Below the pieces are notes generated by a model. The model saw only the letters and a program-made list of their open reading frames with translations, ran no database searches and was not told the DNA's origin. The position numbers and the translations under genes were made by a program. Below, piece after piece: positions 57,691 through 64,000 of a stretch of 64,000 nt of DNA (position 1 is the first letter of the stretch; each line of letters begins with the position of its first letter). The DNA lies in the NCBI GenBank assembly GCA_902517245.1, contig CABYBK010000002.1, positions 84-64,083 of the forward strand, written 5' to 3'. The DNA is from an uncultured Bacteroidota bacterium. Its GTDB lineage: Bacteria > Bacteroidota > Bacteroidia > Flavobacteriales > Flavobacteriaceae.

Positions 57691-57876
57691 ATGATTGACT
57701 ACATTAGAGATTCTTTCGAGGAATTAAGGGATAACGTTTCTTGGACTGAGCGTTCAGAACTACAGAGATTAGTTGTCATAGTACTAGTTTTTTCTGTTTT
57801 ATTTTCATTAGCAATTTGGGGAGCGGACACTGTTCTATCTCGTATTATACAATTTTATTTTAATTTGATAGGATAG
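57691..57876 (+). CDS. secE: preprotein translocase subunit SecE
   Basis: 61 aa with a single C-terminal TM helix. Position between tRNA-Trp and nusG. Confidence 0.88.
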   Translation: MIDYIRDSFEELRDNVSWTERSELQRLVVIVLVFSVLFSLAIWGADTVLSRIIQFYFNLIG

Positions 57877-57878
57877 TG

Positions 57879-58433
57879 ATGACTACAGCTACAAGTGATA
57901 AAAAGTGGTACGTCGTTCGTGCTGTTAGCGGACAAGAAGCTAAAATTAAAGACTATATAATGTCAGAGATTTCTCGTTTTGGTTTTGACCATTTGGTTGA
58001 GGATATTTTAGTTCCTACAGAAAAGGTAATTCAGATTCGAAATGGGAAAAAAATTAATAAAGAACGTACTTACTTTCCTGGTTACATAATGCTGAAAGCC
58101 AACCTTACTGGAGAATTACCACATATAATAAAGTCAGTAACAAATGTTATAGGATTTTTGGGAGAAACAAAAGGTGGAGAGCCAATACCCATGCGCGAGG
58201 CAGAAGTTAATCGTATGTTAGGAAAAGTTGATGAGTTAGCATTAACTACCGAGCATATTTCTATCCCTTTCACTGTTGGAGAAACAGTTAAAGTGATAGA
58301 TGGTCCTTTCAATGGTTTTACAGGTGCAATTGAAAAAGTAAATGAAGAAAAACGTAAACTTGAAGTAATGGTCAAGATTTTCGGAAGAAAAACACCGCTT
58401 GAACTAAGTTACATGCAAGTAGAAAAATTATAA
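57879..58433 (+). CDS. nusG: transcription termination/antitermination factor NusG
   Basis: KWYVVRAVSGQEAK (NGN domain) plus a C-terminal KOW (GETVKVIDGPFNGFTG). I prefer the ATG at 57879 over the GTG at 57876. Confidence 0.95.
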   Translation: MTTATSDKKWYVVRAVSGQEAKIKDYIMSEISRFGFDHLVEDILVPTEKVIQIRNGKKINKERTYFPGYIMLKANLTGELPHIIKSVTNVIGFLGETKGGEPIPMREAEVNRMLGKVDELALTTEHISIPFTVGETVKVIDGPFNGFTGAIEKVNEEKRKLEVMVKIFGRKTPLELSYMQVEKL

Positions 58434-58496
58434 ATATTAAAATAATTAAGATTGATGTAGATTTTGATTACTGCATAATCTTAAAACTAGAAGGAA

Positions 58497-58934
58497 ATGG
58501 CAAAAGAAGTAAGTAAAGTTTTAAAACTACAAGTTCGGGGAGGCGCCGCGAATCCGTCACCACCCGTTGGACCAGCACTTGGATCTGCAGGTGTGAATAT
58601 AATGGAGTTTTGTAAACAATTTAATGCTAGAACTCAAGATAAACCTGGTAAAATTCTACCTGTAGCAATTACAGTTTACATGGATAAATCTTTTGAGTTT
58701 GTAATCAAGACACCACCAGCTGCAGTTCAACTGATGGAAGCCGCCAAAGCAAAAAAAGGTTCTGGAGAACCTAACCGAAGTAAAGTTGCTACCGTGACTT
58801 GGGACCAGGTTAAACTAATTGCTGAGGACAAAATGCCTGATCTTAACGCATTCACCGTAGAATCTGCAATGAAAATGGTTGCTGGTACTGCACGTTCAAT
58901 GGGTTTTCAAATTTCTGGAAAAGCTCCGTTTTAA
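58497..58934 (+). CDS. rplK: 50S ribosomal protein L11
   Basis: 145 aa with [20 protein letters not shown]. Confidence 0.98.
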   Translation: MAKEVSKVLKLQVRGGAANPSPPVGPALGSAGVNIMEFCKQFNARTQDKPGKILPVAITVYMDKSFEFVIKTPPAAVQLMEAAKAKKGSGEPNRSKVATVTWDQVKLIAEDKMPDLNAFTVESAMKMVAGTARSMGFQISGKAPF

Positions 58935-58950
58935 TCCATAATATTAAGTA

Positions 58951-59640
58951 ATGAGCAAAGAAAGTAAAAAACAAAAAGAAGCTAGATCAAAGATTGACCC
59001 AAAAAAGAACTATTCATTACTAGAGGCCTCTTCTTTGGTGAAAGAAATCACAAACACAAAATTTGATGCAAGTATTGACTTGGCTGTTCGTCTAGGAGTG
59101 GATCCAAAAAAAGCCAATCAGATGGTACGCGGTGTAGTTACCTTACCACACGGTACTGGTAAAAATATTAGTGTTCTAGCCTTGGTAACACCAGATAAAG
59201 AAACTGATGCTAAAGATGCAGGTGCTGATTATGTTGGCCTTGATGAATATCTTAACAAAATTAAAGATGGATGGACCGATGTAGACGTGATTGTAACAAT
59301 GCCAAGCATTATGGGAAAACTTGGTCCATTGGGACGAGTTCTAGGTCCAAGAGGTTTAATGCCTAATCCCAAAACTGGCACAGTTACTATGGACATCAAA
59401 AAAGCCGTTTCCGACGTTAAAGGTGGTAAAATTGATTTTAAGGTTGACAAAACAGGAATTATTCATGCCTCTGTTGGAAAATCTTCTTTCACATCTGAAA
59501 AGATTCATGAAAATGCCGACGAATTATTGAAAACGATTATGAAATTAAAACCTTCAACATCCAAAGGAACATATGTTAAAAGTGTTTTTATGTCTAGCAC
59601 AATGAGTCCAAGTATTTCTGTTGACGCTAATCTGGATTAA
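58951..59640 (+). CDS. rplA: 50S ribosomal protein L1
   Basis: 229 aa with [16 protein letters not shown] and [15 protein letters not shown]. Confidence 0.98.
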   Translation: MSKESKKQKEARSKIDPKKNYSLLEASSLVKEITNTKFDASIDLAVRLGVDPKKANQMVRGVVTLPHGTGKNISVLALVTPDKETDAKDAGADYVGLDEYLNKIKDGWTDVDVIVTMPSIMGKLGPLGRVLGPRGLMPNPKTGTVTMDIKKAVSDVKGGKIDFKVDKTGIIHASVGKSSFTSEKIHENADELLKTIMKLKPSTSKGTYVKSVFMSSTMSPSISVDANLD

Positions 59641-59657
59641 AGTATAATATTCAAGTA

Positions 59658-60173
59658 ATGACAAGACAACAAAAAAATAACGCAATAGAAAATCTTAAAG
59701 AAGCTCTAGGAGGGGTAAAAAATCTTTACTTGGCCGATATTGCTGGACTGGATGCTTCTCAAACTAGCGCTTTAAGACGTGCTTGTTTTAAAGAGAATAT
59801 TAAATTGCAAATCGTAAAAAACACATTATTATCCAAGGCCATGGAAGCTTCCACTCATGACTTTGGTGAATTGACGAATATTCTCAAAGGGAATACTTCG
59901 TTAATGTTTTCCGAATCGGGAAATGCACCTGCAAAGGTGATAAAATCCTTTAGAAAAAAGTCTGACAAACCGATATTGAAAGGCGCCTTCATTGAAGAAG
60001 CCATTTATATCGGAGATGAAACACTTGACGCTCTTGTAGCAATAAAATCTAAAGATGAATTGATTGGAGAGATTATAACTTTGTTGCAATCGCCAACCAA
60101 AAATATAGTTTCTGCACTTCGGTCAGGAGGTGGGAAATTATCTGGAATAATTAAATCACTTTCAGAACGTTAA
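59658..60173 (+). CDS. rplJ: 50S ribosomal protein L10
   Basis: 171 aa, located between rplA and rplL, with an L10-like sequence. Confidence 0.93.
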   Translation: MTRQQKNNAIENLKEALGGVKNLYLADIAGLDASQTSALRRACFKENIKLQIVKNTLLSKAMEASTHDFGELTNILKGNTSLMFSESGNAPAKVIKSFRKKSDKPILKGAFIEEAIYIGDETLDALVAIKSKDELIGEIITLLQSPTKNIVSALRSGGGKLSGIIKSLSER

Positions 60174-60235
60174 TACCTGACAAAAACTATTACGCACTCG
60201 AACACATAATAAATAAAAACAAAAACAAATTAAAA

Positions 60236-60616
60236 ATGGCAGATTTAAAAGATTTCGCAGAAAAATTAGTCAACCTGACTGTAAAAGAGGTTAGTGAGTT
60301 GGCAGATATTTTAAAAGATGAGTATGGTATCGAGCCTGCAGCAGCTGCAGTCTCTGTCGCTGGACCTGTGGCTGGTGGAGCTACTGGGGATGCGGGAGAA
60401 GAAAAGTCAGAATTTGACGTAATCCTTACAGCGGCAGGAGGCTCTAAGCTTGCTGTTGTTAAATTAGTGAAAGAGTTAACTGGTCTTGGGCTTAAGGAAG
60501 CAAAAGAATTAGTAGACAATGCACCATCTCCAATAAAGGAGGGAATTGCTAAAGACGAAGCAGAATCGCTAAAGAAGTCTCTAGAAGAAGCAGGTGCAGA
60601 GGTTGAGCTCAAGTAG
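60236..60616 (+). CDS. rplL: 50S ribosomal protein L7/L12
   Basis: 126 aa with an Ala/Gly-rich hinge and [24 protein letters not shown]. Confidence 0.98.
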   Translation: MADLKDFAEKLVNLTVKEVSELADILKDEYGIEPAAAAVSVAGPVAGGATGDAGEEKSEFDVILTAAGGSKLAVVKLVKELTGLGLKEAKELVDNAPSPIKEGIAKDEAESLKKSLEEAGAEVELK

Positions 60617-60641
60617 TTTCAAACTATACAATTATATGTTT

Positions 60642-60666
60642 AGGCTTTTGGATCTTCCAAAGGCCT
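60642..60666 (+). other. stable hairpin in the rplL-rpoB spacer (no U-tract)
   Basis: AGGCTTTTGGA-tct-TCCAAAGGCCT, about 11 bp including one G-T pair, 26 nt after the rplL stop. It is followed by ctacctgtttag, not a T run. Confidence 0.6.
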
Positions 60667-60720
60667 CTACCTGTTTAGATTCCTCCCTTTTCTTTAATAT
60701 CATCAATAAAAAATATTTAG

Positions 60721-63700
60721 ATGCCTAGTACACACAATCAAAGAACCAATTTTGCAGTAACAAAACATACTCCCAAATATCCTGATTTCCTTGATATCCA
60801 AATTAAATCTTTTCAGGATTTTTTTCAACTAGAGACTAAATCCGACGAACGTGATGAAGAAGGTCTTTTTAATACATTCAAAGAAAACTTTCCGATTTCA
60901 GATACAAGAAATCAATTTGTTCTTGAATTTTTAGACTACTTTGTTGATCCGCCAAGATATTCTATTCAAGAATGCATTGAAAGGGGATTAACTTATTGTG
61001 TGCCTCTTAAGGCACGCCTAAAATTATATTGCAATGATCTGGAACATGAAGACTTCGAAACAATTGTTCAAGACGTTTTTTTGGGTACCATACCTTACAT
61101 GACACCTAGTGGAACTTTTGTGATAAATGGTGCTGAACGTATTGTAGTTTCTCAACTTCATCGTTCCCCAGGCGTATTTTTTGGTCAATCTTTTCATGCT
61201 AACGGTACAAAACTATACTCAGCTCGGGTCATCCCGTTTAAAGGTTCTTGGATTGAGTTTGCAACAGACATTAACAGTGTTATGTATGCTTACATTGATC
61301 GTAAGAAAAAATTACCTGTAACAACATTATTTAGAGCAATCGGTTTTGAACATGATCGTGATATACTTGAAATTTTTGATCTTGCTGAAGAGGTAAAAGT
61401 TACTAAAACTGGTCTTAAAAAAGTACTTAAAAGAAAGCTTGCTGCACGTGTTTTAAAAACATGGCATGAAGATTTTGTAGATGAAGATACAGGTGAGGTT
61501 ATTTCTATTGAAAGAAATGAAATTATCATAGATCGAGATACAATTCTTGATAAAGAGCATATTGACCAAATTTTAGAAGCTGGTGTTAAAAATATTCTTT
61601 TACATAAGGTAGATGCTCATATGTCTGACTATGCAATTATCTATAATACACTTCAAAAAGATCCCACAAATTCAGAAAAAGAGGCCGTAGAACATATTTA
61701 TCGACAGCTTCGTAACGCTGAACCTCCTGATGAAGATACTGCAAGGGGTATTATAGATAAGTTGTTTTTCTCAGATCAGCGTTATAACCTTGGGGAGGTT
61801 GGTAGATATAGAATGAACAAAAAACTTGGCTTAGACGTTGAAATGGATAAGCAGGTTTTGACGAAGTTGGATATCATCACAATAATTAAATATTTAATTG
61901 AATTAATAAATTCGAAAGCGGAGATTGATGATATCGATCACCTTTCTAATAGAAGAGTTCGAACTGTTGGTGAGCAATTATCTTCACAGTTTGGAGTGGG
62001 CTTAGCCCGAATGGCAAGAACTATTCGTGAACGAATGAATGTTAGAGATAACGAAGTTTTTACGCCGATAGATTTGATCAATGCAAAAACACTTTCCTCA
62101 GTAATAAACAGTTTTTTTGGCACTAATCAATTGTCCCAATTTATGGATCAAACTAATCCATTAGCAGAGATTACTCATAAGCGTCGTCTTTCTGCACTTG
62201 GGCCAGGCGGACTTTCTCGTGAGAGAGCAGGTTTTGAGGTTAGAGATGTTCATTACACTCATTATGGTCGACTATGTCCCATTGAAACACCGGAAGGCCC
62301 AAATATTGGATTGATTTCTTCACTTGGAGTTTATGCTAAAGTAAATAACCTAGGATTCATAGAAACACCCTATCGTAAAGTTGAAAACGGTAAAATTAAT
62401 TTAAAAGAAACAATTTATCTCAGTGCCGAAGAAGAGGAGAATAATCTTATTGCTCAAGCTAATATTAGTTTTGACAAATCTGGAAAAATTTTAGACGAAA
62501 AAATAATAGCTCGAGACCAAGCGGATTTTCCAGTCGTAGGTCCTGATCAAATTAACTATACAGATGTTGCACCAAATCAGATAGCTTCAATTTCTGCTTC
62601 GTTAATACCATTTTTGGAGCATGATGATGCCAATAGAGCTTTGATGGGATCGAATATGATGAGACAGGCTGTTCCGCTTTTACGTCCAGAATCTCCCATT
62701 GTTGGTACAGGTCTTGAAAAGCAAGTGGCTTCAGATTCTAGAGTTTTAATTAATGCTGAAAGTGATGGTGTTGTAGAATATGTTGATGCTGAAAAAATTT
62801 CTATAAGATATAATTTTACTTCTGATCAAAGCTTAGTAAGTTTTGACGGAAATTTAAAATCTTATAGTTTAATTAAATTCAGAAAAACTAATCAAGGCAC
62901 TTGTATAAATCTTAAACCTATTGTCAAAAAAGGTGATAATGTTTTCAAGGGACAGGTTTTATGCCAAGGTTATGCCACTGAGTCAGGTGAATTAGCTTTA
63001 GGTAGAAATATGAAAGTAGCATTTATGCCATGGAAAGGATACAACTTTGAGGATGCAATTGTTATATCAGAGAAAGTTGTGCGACAAGATATATTCACTT
63101 CAATTCATATAGATGAATATTCTTTAGATGTTCGTGATACTAAACTTGGAACAGAAGAATTGACTAATGACATTCCTAATGTAAGTGAAGAAGCTACAAG
63201 TGACCTGGATGAAAATGGAATGATAAGGATTGGAGCTGAAGTTAATCCAGGAGACATTTTGATTGGTAAAATTACACCTAAAGGAGAATCTGATCCAACA
63301 CCAGAAGAGAAACTACTACGTGCAATTTTCGGTGATAAAGCAGGTGATGTTAAAGATGCTTCACTTAAAGCACCACCATCTCTTCGTGGTGTTGTAGTTG
63401 ATAAAAAACTCTTTACTCGATCTGTTAAAGACAAACGAAAGCGAAATGAAGATAAACAAGATCTAGAAGCTCTTGAAAATTCATATGATAAAAAGTTTGA
63501 TGAACTAAAAGTTGTTTTAGTGGAAAAACTATTTTCGATTGTAAATGGAAAAACATGTCAAGGTATTACTAACGATTTAGGTGAAGAAATTCTACCTAAA
63601 GGAAAAAAGTATACCTTAAAACTTCTTTCTGCTGTTGAAGATTATACCCATTTAGCTAAAAGTACGTGGACAACATCAAAAGATACAAACGATTTAATAG

Positions 63701-64000
63701 CAGATTTAATTCACAACTATAAAATAAAAGAAAATGACCTTCAAGGTTCTCTTCGACGAGAAAAATTCACTATTAGTGTAGGAGACGAACTTCCAGCTGG
63801 CATCAAGAAGTTGGCGAAAGTTTATATAGCAAAAAAACGTAAGCTAAAGGTAGGCGATAAAATGGCAGGACGTCATGGTAATAAAGGTATTGTTGCCAGA
63901 ATAGTTCGTGAAGAAGAAATGCCATTTCTAGAGGATGGAACACCAGTTGATATTGTATTAAACCCCTTAGGAGTTCCCTCTAGAATGAATATTGGACAGA
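60721..64000 (+). CDS. rpoB: DNA-directed RNA polymerase beta subunit, 3'-truncated by window edge
   Basis: The open frame from ATG 60721 ([35 protein letters not shown]...) runs to the end of the window. It contains [18 protein letters not shown] and NMMRQAVP motifs. Absent from the ORF track because there is no stop in the window. Confidence 0.98.
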   Translation, partial: MPSTHNQRTNFAVTKHTPKYPDFLDIQIKSFQDFFQLETKSDERDEEGLFNTFKENFPISDTRNQFVLEFLDYFVDPPRYSIQECIERGLTYCVPLKARLKLYCNDLEHEDFETIVQDVFLGTIPYMTPSGTFVINGAERIVVSQLHRSPGVFFGQSFHANGTKLYSARVIPFKGSWIEFATDINSVMYAYIDRKKKLPVTTLFRAIGFEHDRDILEIFDLAEEVKVTKTGLKKVLKRKLAARVLKTWHEDFVDEDTGEVISIERNEIIIDRDTILDKEHIDQILEAGVKNILLHKVDAHMSDYAIIYNTLQKDPTNSEKEAVEHIYRQLRNAEPPDEDTARGIIDKLFFSDQRYNLGEVGRYRMNKKLGLDVEMDKQVLTKLDIITIIKYLIELINSKAEIDDIDHLSNRRVRTVGEQLSSQFGVGLARMARTIRERMNVRDNEVFTPIDLINAKTLSSVINSFFGTNQLSQFMDQTNPLAEITHKRRLSALGPGGLSRERAGFEVRDVHYTHYGRLCPIETPEGPNIGLISSLGVYAKVNNLGFIETPYRKVENGKINLKETIYLSAEEEENNLIAQANISFDKSGKILDEKIIARDQADFPVVGPDQINYTDVAPNQIASISASLIPFLEHDDANRALMGSNMMRQAVPLLRPESPIVGTGLEKQVASDSRVLINAESDGVVEYVDAEKISIRYNFTSDQSLVSFDGNLKSYSLIKFRKTNQGTCINLKPIVKKGDNVFKGQVLCQGYATESGELALGRNMKVAFMPWKGYNFEDAIVISEKVVRQDIFTSIHIDEYSLDVRDTKLGTEELTNDIPNVSEEATSDLDENGMIRIGAEVNPGDILIGKITPKGESDPTPEEKLLRAIFGDKAGDVKDASLKAPPSLRGVVVDKKLFTRSVKDKRKRNEDKQDLEALENSYDKKFDELKVVLVEKLFSIVNGKTCQGITNDLGEEILPKGKKYTLKLLSAVEDYTHLAKSTWTTSKDTNDLIADLIHNYKIKENDLQGSLRREKFTISVGDELPAGIKKLAKVYIAKKRKLKVGDKMAGRHGNKGIVARIVREEEMPFLEDGTPVDIVLNPLGVPSRMNIGQ

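Noticed and set aside
60190-60612. A 140-aa Ala/Ser/Pro-rich ORF antisense to rplL, and similar antisense ORFs in tuf (56743..57163), nusG (58082..58375), rplA (59229..59450) and rpoB (61290..61529, 61938..62123, 63105..63434).
   Set aside because: They lie entirely within highly conserved genes on the opposite strand. Their low-complexity composition is typical of antisense frames of relatively GC-rich, codon-biased genes.
1-64000. A whole-window scan for CRISPR repeats, IS elements or transposases, phage genes, toxin-antitoxin pairs, restriction-modification systems or other known defence-system signatures.
   Set aside because: No regularly spaced direct repeats, no transposase or integrase other than the Xer-like gene, and no nuclease, ATPase or methyltransferase modules typical of defence islands were recognisable. 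Nearly every ORF above 100 aa has a plausible housekeeping or envelope assignment.

Overview
This is a visibly AT-rich, very densely coding chromosomal window whose gene content and order point to a Flavobacteriia-type Bacteroidota genome. Supporting signs are rpsU-xer-hpf, the tRNA Thr-Tyr-Gly-Thr ... tuf-tRNATrp-secE-nusG-rplKAJL-rpoB layout, the DUF3098 and DUF4271/HemD-like genes, TAnnTTTG promoter-like motifs and almost no Shine-Dalgarno sequences. Nearly all of it is core metabolism and the translation apparatus: nadABC, truB, uppP, ftsX, leuS, pyrC, tyrS, a two-component pair, trmB, Fe-S carrier genes, a maltodextrin catabolic block (pgmB-GH65-GH13-GH13), two mevalonate-pathway genes, a complete trpEGDCFBA operon, rpsU/hpf, five tRNAs, tuf and the rif-region ribosomal genes. 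I saw no CRISPR array, transposase, phage gene, toxin-antitoxin pair or recognisable defence system. The least ordinary region is a six-gene envelope-glycosylation-like cluster at 32.8-38.2 kb, directly downstream of trpA, with no terminator that I can see in between. It contains DUF2064/TIGR04282-like, DUF547, a CC-motif 4-TM protein, a Dpm1-like GT2 with no canonical start codon, a processive QxxRW GT2 and a GT-C membrane protein. Other points worth a second look are a clear trp leader peptide (tandem Trp codons) plus attenuator terminator, a strong SD unique to rpsU, an S4/pseudouridine-synthase homolog that has lost its catalytic motifs, an alkyltransferase-like (Cys to Ala) MGMT homolog, and a 3.6 kb three-gene block separating the Thr-Tyr-Gly-Thr tRNA cluster from tuf. 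All functional calls come from motif recognition by eye; no database search was run.
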